DNA of 64,000 nucleotides, from IMG/VR virus record IMGVR_UViG_3300045988_135716, positions 117,096 through 181,095 of that record; one strand, written 5' to 3'. This DNA comes from a virus. A program made the translations under genes and the position numbers. Position 1 is the stretch's first letter; each line of letters opens with the position of its first letter. A model generated the notes under the pieces. It was not told the DNA's origin, did not search any database, and saw nothing but the letters and a program-made list of their open reading frames with translations. This document shows, piece by piece, positions 39,601 to 49,200 of this stretch.

Positions 39601-41558
39601 TATTTGTCCATACGGATAAATGAGCTAAATTCTTTGTATAAATCAATTCCAATGTAATTCTTAAAATTTAACGCATCTTGTACTTCTGTGATAATTCTTT
39701 CAATTTCAATCTGAACACCATCTTGCACAAGTTGATTCTGGTTGTTGTATTTTCCTTCAACAATATATACCTCATCTTCACGTATTTTAATCTCATCTTG
39801 AATTGCATTCATCTTATTATAATAAGGAATATATACATTCTCATACAGAACTTTTGTATTGATTCCATATATACTTGACGTACTGTTTGAAGAAATTCCT
39901 TGTTGTACCATCATATCAATACAAGACTGACAACACTTTTGGAATATTTGTAATGTATTTAAACAATATTTTTTCAACTGTGATTTAAAAACAGTCATAT
40001 CTTGTTTGAATAATCCTACGATATCATAGTAATTTTCATCTGAACGAGCAAGAATAGAATCTATACGTTGTTTTACATATGATTCATAGTTTTCATTGAT
40101 GCTAATTGATACAAATTGAGAAGTGAATTTATCATCTTTATCAGCATAATTCTCTAAGTTAAACTTACCCTTCCATACATTATTAGACAATGTAGTGTTT
40201 GTAACTGTAACTTTGAAAACACCTTTGACAATAGATTGTGCCAACATAACCATAATATTATCAGCAGTAGACACAGAAAGATTTTTAAGAGAAGTAGTAG
40301 AAGCAGAAGATGGGAGATTAGCCATCAAATATTCGCCTTGTGATTTTGCGTTATTATCTGGTTTATCGACTGGTGGCATTAACTTATTTCTTAAAAGTTG
40401 TACCATATCAATTGTATCAAAATAAATACGCATCAACTTTGGATATCCAACAATAGGATTCTTAATCTCTGTATCTTTTAAATTTTCTTCATAAGTTTTA
40501 TATTTATTTACAAGGACATTATAACTTGTCACGAAAGAATCATTTATAATAAAATTATAATCAGATTGATACTTTTCATATAAAGCATCGTAAGACTTTA
40601 ATTTTTCTTGTAATTCTGGTGACATTTCTTCTCTTGTTTCATCGGGGAAGTAGTAGATATAATCTGTCCCGTTAGGATTACATGAACGAATAGCAGCGGT
40701 CATTAAATCATCACCTGCTTCAAGTTTCATGCAGTTCTTTACAGAATCAGTATCAACAGAATATGTAATCTCATCAGCAAGATTATCCCTTGAGATAAAT
40801 ACATTTGTGTACTCTCCATATCCTAATATGATATTCGTGCTCCCACATTTCGGACATTTATGAACAAATGTATCTCTATTCCCACAATCTACACAATTTG
40901 CTTCCAAATCATATACAGAAATTGTTCTTTCTGGTTTTCCATTTTCATCAGAACCACATCCAAATATAAATAAACAATCAAGTTCTTCTGAAACTTCTTG
41001 GAGTGCATCATAAATAGATGTATCATCAAATGTAAAAGTTCTCTGTAAATTCATCAAACTTTTATCAATGTGCTTAACTTTATAATGCGGTGCTTTATCT
41101 GTAAGCAATCTATCCATCAATGAAGCTTCTGGATGATCTGGATTATAAAATGTTGTGGGTATTTTATAGTCTTCTCTAGCGATATCTGTTTCAGTATTAA
41201 TCTCAATTCCATATAACATAATTTGAGATAATTCGGCTTCGCCTAAAGTCTTACCAGAAATATTCTTAATATTTTCATCTTCTTCATTTACTTCTACGGT
41301 AATTTCATACCACATATCCCACTCAGGAATCCAAACTAATTTAAAATCTTTGATATCATTCCAACATTTAATGATGTTGTCATTCATTTTCTTATGTGCA
41401 GCAAATGTAATATCTGACGCTTCTTTCATGGAATGTTTTGCAACAATATTATCCACGTTTACAATATTGCCAAGTTTATCTCCATTTTTCTTAGCGAGAA
41501 CAAAACTAATATCCTCTACGTTGCCAGAGGTGTCCATTCTTAATTTATGTACGTTCAT
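36636..41558 (-). CDS. large tail/host-recognition protein with C-terminal S74-type intramolecular chaperone domain
   Basis: 1640 aa. The C-terminus, KPTKYKVL..GIHFGFVAQEVEESL..GLSYNEFIPFNTYMTQK followed by a coiled coil, matches the auto-cleaving chaperone pattern. Confidence 0.75.
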   Translation of the reverse strand: MNVHKLRMDTSGNVEDISFVLAKKNGDKLGNIVNVDNIVAKHSMKEASDITFAAHKKMNDNIIKCWNDIKDFKLVWIPEWDMWYEITVEVNEEDENIKNISGKTLGEAELSQIMLYGIEINTETDIAREDYKIPTTFYNPDHPEASLMDRLLTDKAPHYKVKHIDKSLMNLQRTFTFDDTSIYDALQEVSEELDCLFIFGCGSDENGKPERTISVYDLEANCVDCGNRDTFVHKCPKCGSTNIILGYGEYTNVFISRDNLADEITYSVDTDSVKNCMKLEAGDDLMTAAIRSCNPNGTDYIYYFPDETREEMSPELQEKLKSYDALYEKYQSDYNFIINDSFVTSYNVLVNKYKTYEENLKDTEIKNPIVGYPKLMRIYFDTIDMVQLLRNKLMPPVDKPDNNAKSQGEYLMANLPSSASTTSLKNLSVSTADNIMVMLAQSIVKGVFKVTVTNTTLSNNVWKGKFNLENYADKDDKFTSQFVSISINENYESYVKQRIDSILARSDENYYDIVGLFKQDMTVFKSQLKKYCLNTLQIFQKCCQSCIDMMVQQGISSNSTSSIYGINTKVLYENVYIPYYNKMNAIQDEIKIREDEVYIVEGKYNNQNQLVQDGVQIEIERIITEVQDALNFKNYIGIDLYKEFSSFIRMDKYSNDNYISDGLNNTDLMKNAIEFITVATKELFKSATLQHSITGTIKNFLRMKEFEPVTNNFKNGNWICVGIDDKVYQLRIIEYEIDFSDTQNISVTFSDIIKLPDGMSYYERLEEVASKMATSYNGVVRQSTINTDFKNKMNEMIAKGLSMTNTKIVSNADNQDITWDEHGLLCREYDDIISDYTDSQLKIINHGIYITDDNWKTARAGIGNFIYYDPKDKTYKESYGVIADTLVSNLILTSEVGIYNEEKSIEMAKDGIIVTTNTMNKNVFTIRKEITDDEGNITYERQLYIDDNGNIRLAGNASIAWDSVTGTENVVVKDTLNEFMVTVKEQIDGKIDTFRQSDDPSVNWTDEEKKSHENDLWYDTTHNVVKMWNGSSWDDFTGDVPESVWNEINGKAQIFTDTPKTPYNKGDLWFVGENGIYIDAEHPNEYRNEILTCINPKADGTLFSINDWTKQNKYTDDTTANTIKNDILGSTYIDKQWVIAPNIKGGQLLISNKSGTISAQITSEGKLIAKEGEFSGKIVSTSGEIGGFNIDNYSLWSGQNVLGGSGVYISPKYGISCNSSFQVTTGGKLTATDADITGDITATSIYAKDNYNIYVDGKSKASKVIWCDTNEYEWNPNAGYADLYMGHDGKAWTQYIDLTTSNSKFVRRAILASQYVTASRQQNRSSVNCVTTQDTTYVEITTTMNDTPASIRLQIAADSGLCLIPGDVNDSTLAYDEAIKLGTRSHKWMQVWTKNLYANGDTVRFSGIPAKSSNRYLVIDSSGNVGYRDGSGGGSNYYAGNGLYLSGSTFNIGYNSRYSVDFYEGSNSNHYAFCPTLANNAGDTYRLYLGGNGGDTHPWYKVVTRDGMQQLSDGRFKIDKCILNDDFYDMYMSLKPTKYKVLHDEDSGIHFGFVAQEVEESLKTVGLDASNCSIVSCDESQSYEGGYVYGLSYNEFIPFNTYMTQKAHHRIDSLESQLTDALSVIESLKKEIETLKQAME

Positions 41559-41560
41559 TC

Positions 41561-42370
41561 TTAAAGTCCAACTCCTTTCGCAACAGGATAGTATTTAATT
41601 GTAATTTCACATGGGATATTTACAGAAATGATATTTTTATTATTTGTATAAGAGTTTGCAATTCTAAAGAATACAAAATTAAAATCATTATATAATTTAT
41701 GAGATGAGAGAGAAGTAGATATGTTTAAATTCTCATCAACAGAAATAACTTCATTTATAGAACAATTCTTAATTATAGTTGTACGATTTTCAACAGAATT
41801 TGTAATTTTTAAATCCCCACTTAAAAGGCATTTAATCTGTATATCAGGATAAATATAGCCTATATCATCTGATTCATCTATGATAGTGAATTGTTCATTT
41901 GCCTTAAATGTATGTGTGATTGTTTTACAATCCTGTGTTGCAAATGGTTTACCCATAGTAAATGTCAATTCAAAGCCAATTACTTGTCCACAAAATTCAA
42001 TTGTTTCAATATTAAAACTTCCTTTAAATAGCATAGTTTGATTTTCAGATGTAATTATTTTTAAAATGTGAAACCCATCGTTTCTATTAAGCCATCTATA
42101 CACAAAACGTTGTTCATCAGTGGTGAAATATTTGTTTCCACGATTTAATTGCATATAAGGATCTTTACAAATTTGAAAAGTAAATTCACCTGCTTCGTCA
42201 TATCCAGAATTAACTAGGATAAATTCTTTTCCATTTTTCATAGATGTTACGTCAAAATTTATCTTAGAACCATAATCCACTGTTTCATCATCACTTGAAT
42301 CAAATGAACAAACTACAATTCCTTTGCTTGAAGCTAAAGTTCCATCATATTCAAAATCTAATGCTTTCAT
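41561..42370 (-). CDS. distal tail protein (Dit)-like
   Basis: 269 aa. It sits between the TMP and the large tail protein, and its N-terminus MKALDFEYDG is typical of siphovirus tail-family proteins. The call rests mainly on position. Confidence 0.5.
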   Translation of the reverse strand: MKALDFEYDGTLASSKGIVVCSFDSSDDETVDYGSKINFDVTSMKNGKEFILVNSGYDEAGEFTFQICKDPYMQLNRGNKYFTTDEQRFVYRWLNRNDGFHILKIITSENQTMLFKGSFNIETIEFCGQVIGFELTFTMGKPFATQDCKTITHTFKANEQFTIIDESDDIGYIYPDIQIKCLLSGDLKITNSVENRTTIIKNCSINEVISVDENLNISTSLSSHKLYNDFNFVFFRIANSYTNNKNIISVNIPCEITIKYYPVAKGVGL

Positions 42371-42400
42371 ACTTCACCACCTTTACCATTTATTTTCTAT

Positions 42401-42721
42401 TTATCTAACAAGCCATCTGGCAAGTTTATATTTCCATGTATCGCCTTTATTAATTGCAAGTGTAATTTCTTTCATCAATTTTACATCTTGAATAAGTAAT
42501 TCATACTGTGTTTTAACTTTCACAGTTTCAATAAAAAGTTCATTCCACTGATGTTTGAGATCATTAAGATATTTTTTGTCCATATCGGATATTTGAACAG
42601 ATTCATTCTGTTCTATATCTTTTACTTTTTCTTGCAATTTTTGAATCTTATTTTGTTGTTGTTTTGCAATATCTTGTTTTATACTTTTATCAAGTAAATC
42701 TTGTACAGTTTTATCTGACAT
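42401..42721 (-). CDS. hypothetical coiled-coil protein
   Basis: 106-aa ORF. Confidence 0.5.
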   Translation of the reverse strand: MSDKTVQDLLDKSIKQDIAKQQQNKIQKLQEKVKDIEQNESVQISDMDKKYLNDLKHQWNELFIETVKVKTQYELLIQDVKLMKEITLAINKGDTWKYKLARWLVR

Positions 42722-42799
42722 TTAATTCCCTCTTTCTATATAAAAAAGAGACTACCAATCATAGATAGTCTCTTAATTGTAAAATTTGTCGAATTATAA

Positions 42800-42828
42800 T
42801 TGACACAAATATATTCATTTTATATAAT
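42800..42828 (+). promoter_or_regulatory. consensus sigma-70-type promoter of toxin-like module A
   Basis: TTGACA at 42800-42805, a 17-nt spacer, then TATAAT at 42823-42828. The predicted transcription start is about 42836. Confidence 0.6.
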
Positions 42829-42976
42829 ATACTGTAAGACAGATTCCACGTTCTAATTCTAAAGGCTAGTTGGGATGGTTGTTAGCGGTCTGAGTCACGT
42901 CAGAACAGTGATGTTCTGTTTATATAGATATCCTCATGACTTCATGTTGGAAATAACTTACAAAGGAGGATATAGT

Positions 42977-43105
42977 GTGATTCTTGATACTATGTATAAA
43001 ATAGGAATCCAAATCATAAGCGGTGTTATTGCTGGTTGTGTACTGGATTTTCTAAGATATTATAGATGCAAAAACGACCGCCATAATCCAAATAGCGATC
43101 GTTAA
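42977..43105 (+). CDS. type I toxin-like hydrophobic peptide (42 aa)
   Basis: GTG lies 5-6 nt after AAAGGAGGA. The peptide is VILDTMYKIGIQIISGVIAGCVLDFLRYYRCKNDRHNPNSDR, one TM segment plus a basic tail. Confidence 0.5.
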   Translation: MILDTMYKIGIQIISGVIAGCVLDFLRYYRCKNDRHNPNSDR

Positions 43106-43309
43106 TGCGTTGAATAATTAAATTTATTTAGCCTTTAACCTTCCAAAGTTTGGCTCAAACCGTCTAACGGAATCTGTCTTTTTCTTATATTCGTTATCTT
43201 ACAACAAATTTAAATCGTTGTAAAGAGTTTCTGGTCAATTTCTTATATTATATATTTATATGTCAATTTTTAATGAGAACTACTCCGATGAAAGAGTAGT
43301 TCCCTAAAA

Positions 43310-44660
43310 TTAAACTCTATACTTATATTTGGCTAATGAACTTCCACCTCTGATTCGATCAATCGTCATTGCTTTAATAGCTTTCTCAATGTCCTTGTTT
43401 GTTGTGAGTTCATGTAATAAATCATTTGCATTTTGTACATTAGGCATATTACACTGAATTGTAACACCACCAACATCTACACTACTAGAATTATCAACAT
43501 TCTTCACACCAAACTTTTCGCCATCACTATAATCACTCAAGAATGAACCAGGATTACCCATGAAGTCCCATAAGTTCTTAGTCATATCTGCATTTAACAC
43601 AGACACATCTCTACTTAATGGAGTCAGAATACTACCGTCATTTCTGACAATAGCTTCTTCACCCTGTTCCTGTGTCCAAGCTAACTGGTCATTCGGAACT
43701 CTCATGATACCAGAAGCATAGCCTTTCAACTGATTGAGTTTTACCCAACCAAGTTCAGTACCATCTGTGGCATCAATAGCGTATGGATATTTAGAACCCT
43801 TATTGATTCGTGTAATCTTAACTTTTTTGCCAAGATAATAATTACCGCTACCATGACCACCATCAGAATCACCATAATATCTACCAGAAACATAAGTAAC
43901 TTTATCGCCTACTTCGGCTTTACCGTTACCCGTCTTCTTATTGTCATTCTTATTTGGCTTTTTCTTTGGTTCATCAGGATCAACCAACACAGCGTCCCTA
44001 ATGGATTCATCATCACTAACTTTTGGTGGATCTGGTGTTGGATTTCCTTCTGCAACATTATCTTTATCTGGTTTTTGTTCTACTTCTTCAAGAACTCCTT
44101 CTGTTTTAGTAGGTTGCTGTAACATCTGATCTGCTTTAGCAACTAATTTTGTTGCCATCGTATCAATAGCATCAATCATAGATTTCTGTCGTTCATGGAT
44201 ATTTCCAATAGCAGTTGTAACACCTGTAAATCTGGTTTCAAACTTACCATCATATAGAGAAAGAGCCTGACTCTGACTTGTCCAGATGGTCTGCATCTCA
44301 CCAGATAATGTATATCCAACATTCTTAGATTCTGTCTGTAATGTCTGAGAAATATTAGATGAATTACTATTAATACTTGCGATAGCATCAGAAATCAGTA
44401 CGTCAACATTATCCATTCTGTCATCAAGAGCTTTCTTGTAGTCCTGCTTGAGTTCATCAAGAAGTTTCTTCTGGTCAGAAATATATTTGTCATACTGAGT
44501 TTCTTCCATATCATCCTGTGCAGATTTCAAATCCTCTTTGAGTTTTTGAAGTTTGGCTTTATTCTCTTCGGAATTATCACCTTGCAGAGAAGATAACTGT
44601 TTCTGTAAAGAAGCAATCTTTTCTGACTGTTCACCAATCTTTTTTCTGTACTCGTATAAC
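43310..44660 (-). CDS. tail tape-measure protein, exon 5 (C-terminal)
   Basis: The frame is open upstream of the listed ORF 43310..44530 back to 44674. There is no SD. The predicted junction joins it in frame to exon 4. Confidence 0.65.
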
Positions 44661-46255
44661 CATGTGTTACTATATTAAATAAATAAAAAATTGTTCAAGT
44701 TATTTTCAATGCTTTCATTATAAGGAATGCATAATAATGGTATATTATTATCTTCGCAATATTTCTTTTTGATATTATCGTTTTTCACTCTCTTTTTAAA
44801 TCCTTCTTCGCCATTAAAAAATGGAATTGATTCATAATGCTGTTTTCCTTGGAATTCTATACATGCATTATAATCATATAAATAAAAATCAAACGGAAGT
44901 TCTTTGATATTTTTGCAATCAACAAATTTATGTTGTGTATGATATGAAATATTATGTGTATTTAACCATTTAGCTATTTCTCTTTCACCTTTAGATTGAT
45001 GACATTTAGGACATCCCGTATTTCCACCTAAAATACTATATGGAATTACATTCCATTCAAATCCATCTTTTTTACATCTATGTAAAACAGGAGTTGTCAT
45101 ATTAATATATGTCCCAATTAACTCTATATCAGGATTTGTTTTTGCTAATTCTTTAATATACATTTCTTGGTTACGTACTACTGGTCTATTGTCGCATTTT
45201 GGGCATGATGGACGAGCAAGAAAATTTGCTGGTGTAGTATACCATTCATATTCATCTTTTTTGCATTTGAACCAAAGATGCGTATACATATTTTGATATT
45301 CTCCTAAAATAATCATATTTGGATTTAAATTATATACTCGTTTTTCAAATTCTTCGTGAGTAATCTTATTCGCATTTCCCGCTTTCTCATTTCCGCATAA
45401 AGGGCATCCATGTCCTTGCAAAACATTACTTGGAGATACCTTCCATTCTATATTATGTTTTAAACATTTATGTAAAATAGGAGTTTGTACATTAGAATAA
45501 TGTTCGAGAGGAATTATAGAATTAGTGACTTCTTTTAGTTCTGAAATATATTGTGCGTCACTTCTTGTACGATTTTTTTTGAATTTTTCTGTTCTACATA
45601 ATGGGCATCCAACACCTTGTAATGCTCTTGATGGAGTAGTTTCCCAGTTAACATCATGTTTTAAACAATGATGAACGCTTTTGGTATTAGCGTCTATATA
45701 ATCTCCAATAATTTCAACATTAGGATTTTTAATTGAGAGTTCTTGCTTATATTCTTCCAAAGTTTTCTTTCTTCTAATAAAATCACATCCTTTTTTATTT
45801 ATTTGAACAATTTTTATTTATAAAGGTTCGTTAAACCCTATAGATTACTTTTAAAGTAATTTTCTTTGACTTTCATCAAAGTGCAGACCATATTATTCAT
45901 CATGCTTACTAAATTAAAAGTAAGTTTAGATGCTCTCTATTTCGTTCCACTTAGAACTACGAGCATTCCAGCTCTGGTCGTTGAGCCTTCCTCTTTTTGA
46001 GGCTTGGTTGCTGATTTTCTATTTTAAGTAAAATAAAAACACCTAGAACAAACTAGATGTCTTACTTCAATACTTAGGCTTTCACCATATATCATCTATT
46101 TAATTTTTTCTATTTTCATAACATTCACGTTTATGCTTATTTCATCATTACGTTGTAGTCTAAATAGCTTTAAGAATTTTCAGCAGTTAAGAGAGATACA
46201 CTATAAACTTTCGTAATATAGCGGACTATGTTACTAATCTTTTTCACTGTCGAGT
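44661..46255 (-). mobile_element. group I intron (TMP intron 4) carrying a homing-endonuclease ORF
   Basis: R-like element UCAACGACCAGAG with P7 GACCA (45975-79) / UGGUC (45886-90). A P9-like hairpin is CUUUGA-UGAAAG-UCAAAG. The candidate guide sequence UAUAGU-G-UAUC (46195-46205) pairs with both exon ends. Confidence 0.6.
44675..45760 (-). CDS. intron-encoded homing endonuclease: zinc-ribbon repeats + PD-(D/E)XK (Vsr/DUF559-like) C-terminal domain
   Basis: Three repeats of the form NP..E(I/L)IG.Y....T....H.C.KH...W...P...L.G.GCP.C, then LPFDFYL..IEFQGKQHY..D..K..YC..IPY. The listed TTG start lacks an SD; an ATT at 45778 lies 9 nt after AGGA. Confidence 0.65.
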   Translation of the reverse strand: MEEYKQELSIKNPNVEIIGDYIDANTKSVHHCLKHDVNWETTPSRALQGVGCPLCRTEKFKKNRTRSDAQYISELKEVTNSIIPLEHYSNVQTPILHKCLKHNIEWKVSPSNVLQGHGCPLCGNEKAGNANKITHEEFEKRVYNLNPNMIILGEYQNMYTHLWFKCKKDEYEWYTTPANFLARPSCPKCDNRPVVRNQEMYIKELAKTNPDIELIGTYINMTTPVLHRCKKDGFEWNVIPYSILGGNTGCPKCHQSKGEREIAKWLNTHNISYHTQHKFVDCKNIKELPFDFYLYDYNACIEFQGKQHYESIPFFNGEEGFKKRVKNDNIKKKYCEDNNIPLLCIPYNESIENNLNNFLFI

Positions 46256-49200
46256 ACATCAAGATATTTGTCAATCAAATCATCCAAAGCATCCAACTGT
46301 TTATCAATACCGTCCTGAATCAAATCTTTGATAGAGTCTTTTTCATCTTCAGCAGATAAGATGGCTTGTTGCTGTGCGTCAATCAGTTCATTCTTACGGT
46401 CAATGAGTTTCTGATTGTTAGGATCATTCGCAAGTTCCTCGCTGATTTTCAACATTTCTTCCTTATATTTATCTGCTTGCGCCATATAAGTGTTATAGTT
46501 GACACCATGTAATCCCATAGTGGCAAGACCTTGTTCTGTCATATTGCCATCTTTGTCATACATATCCTTATGGCTCATAAGGTCAATAAGGAAATCTGAC
46601 TCACTGGTAATACGACCGATGGCTTCCTGCAACTGGTCAAACTGTTCCCATTTAAGATCACGAATAGATGCTTGGAATTCAACCACTTTGTTTTGTGCTT
46701 CTTTAAGGCTGATCGCAACTTGGTCAATCTCATTCTGCATCTCATAGTATTCTTCCGTACCTTCTTTGATTCCACTATTTGGATCTGCTACTAAATTCGC
46801 AAAGTTACGTTTCATTGCAATATACTTTTGAGACAGATTGTCAACAATTTTCTGTTGCTGTCCAATCTCTGCTTCGTAGAATTTCGTACTCAGATTGTAA
46901 CCCTGTGTCTGCATCCTATCCATGTATGCTTCATACATAGAGTTCCTGTTTTCCCATTGAGAAGTAAAGGAATCATAATAGTTTGCAATATTCTCAAGTT
47001 TCTTCTTTGCATTTTCTACGATAGACTGTGCGTATTCTGCCTGAGATTGTGCCGCTTCGCTTGTTGCTTTATCCAAAGCTTCCTGTTCAATACGAAGTTT
47101 CTTGCTTAAATCCGCAGATTTCTTGACTTTTTCATTATAATCTTGAATCCATTTCAGCACTTTAGGATCAGTGATACCTTTTGTGCTTACTGTTTTACCT
47201 GCCTTTAATGCCTTTTGTTGAGTTTTATTCAACTTAGACATAGCAGATTTATTGTTCAGAATTTTATTCTGAGATTTCGTTTTATTAGCATCAGCAGTAT
47301 CATAGTTGCTTTTTGCTTTCATATAGCTATCACGAGTCTCTTTTAAAGCTGTCTGACGCTGTTTGTTCTGTTCCTTGAGATTCTTAGTTTCCTGTGTAAG
47401 AAGCATATTCTGGTATACATATGATTTCTTACCTTTTGTTGTCGCAAGAATCTGCTGTTCCTTGGTAGAACCTGCATATAACTTCTCTTTATTCTTCTGA
47501 GCCTTAGTCAGATTATCAAGGGCTTTTTCGTCTGCTTTCTTAGCGTTGTCATATACTTTCTGTGCAGAAGCTTTCTCTTTTGCATCAGTGTTATATGCAA
47601 CTGCGGCAGATTTTAATACGCCTGACATTCCAGAAGTCTTAACAGTTTTACCTGCCTTAACCTTGGAAGCAATAGTATTACCTTGTTTTAAAGAACTGTT
47701 ATATGATTTCGCATATTTTAGTGCAGAACCTTTCAGTCCTTTCAAATTTACTGGTTTACCTTCACGGACTGCCTGTGCAATTGCATTATAAGTAGCTTTA
47801 TCGGTACTAGACTTTGCGGCATTTTTCAATTTCTTGCCTATGGATTTTGTCTGTTTCTCACTTGTCTTGATAAGCGTATTCCCTGTAGACTCTGCATCAG
47901 CCGTAGCAGATTTTAAATCCCTGCTTGCTTTAGCACGAGTTTTCTTGGTGACATTTCTGGCAGTTTCAGCCTTATCAAGCTTCTTCTGTGCATTGCCAAG
48001 ACCAGGATTGTCAACTTTAATCTGATTCTGCATTGCTGCGATTGCAGATCCACCCAATGAAACAGTATCAGAAACAGCATTGAGAGATTCAAGTTTAGTC
48101 TTTAATCTGTCAATTTTTTTCTCTGCCTTTTCTGTAGGCATATTTACGATTGTTTCATATAATTCCAGAAGTTTGTTGTTTAACTCCTGTACTGTGTCTT
48201 TACAATCTTGCGCTGAGTTGTAAAATTCTTGAAATTGCTTAATATCTTTTGCTAACTGTTTACCAGAGTCAGAAGATGTGTCAATTTCCTCAATTGAGAA
48301 TGTACCATTGATTACCTTATTCTTATAGTCGTCACTAATATCAACAGAATTAGCTTTATTCATATAAGCAGTATAACCCTGTTCATTCGCCTTGAGTTCT
48401 TTTTCAACTGCTTTGACCTGCCTCTTGAGAAGTACAGTTTTAAAAGCGGAAGATATGTAGTCCGTAATCTGATTAGAGATGCGTTCTACTGCTTTGGAGA
48501 ATTTCTTAAGTTTTGTCTCTACCCAGTTAAAAGTTTCTGTGGAATCAGACTTTGCTTTTGTATTTTTCTCTGTTTCATCTGTATTTCTGGCAACTGCACC
48601 AGAATTGGCGTTATAAGATTGTTGAGATGATGAGCCACCACTGGATGAAACCGATGTTTTATTGGTGTACGGTTGGTCTTGTGAGAATTTAAAACTTCCT
48701 AACCCAAAAGCATTTGAAAGTGAAATATCACTCAGACTTCCTTGAGCATATGCTCTAGCATGACCAGAAGTAGCACCATATTTTAATAAATCCTGTGTCT
48801 GTTTAGCGGAAAAGATAATATCATCTTTTTTCACATTTTCAAAATGTGCTCCACCAGGAATAAGTGACCATACTCCATCACGCACCCTTGATTCCATTCC
48901 AAGTTCATTCATTAATGCAACTTGATCGTGGTCTACAGATATTTTCCCATTTGCATATGCAGGTGAAAAATCAAAATTATCAAGACTACCAAAAGCATAC
49001 GCTCTTGTACGACTAATAGATGTCATTGTACCTGTTGCTTGAGCACCTTTGCCTTTAATATTATTTGTAATATTATTGGTAACATGATTTGATGTAATAG
49101 TAACAGTCTTACTATGAACACCAGCTATAGCACTAACTAAAGCATTAACTGCATCTGTACCACTTACATTTGCTGTAACGTCTACAGATTTACTATTTAC

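Noticed and set aside
42875-43105. Full-length listed ORFs of 76 aa (42875..43105) and 77 aa (62723..62956).
   Set aside because: Only the last 42 and 29 codons follow a strong SD and are hydrophobic. The upstream parts overlap predicted leader-RNA helices.
43277-43302. The hairpin after the TMP stop might be a canonical terminator.
   Set aside because: The 9-bp stem is real, but no U-run follows it on either strand. It is left unannotated as a terminator.
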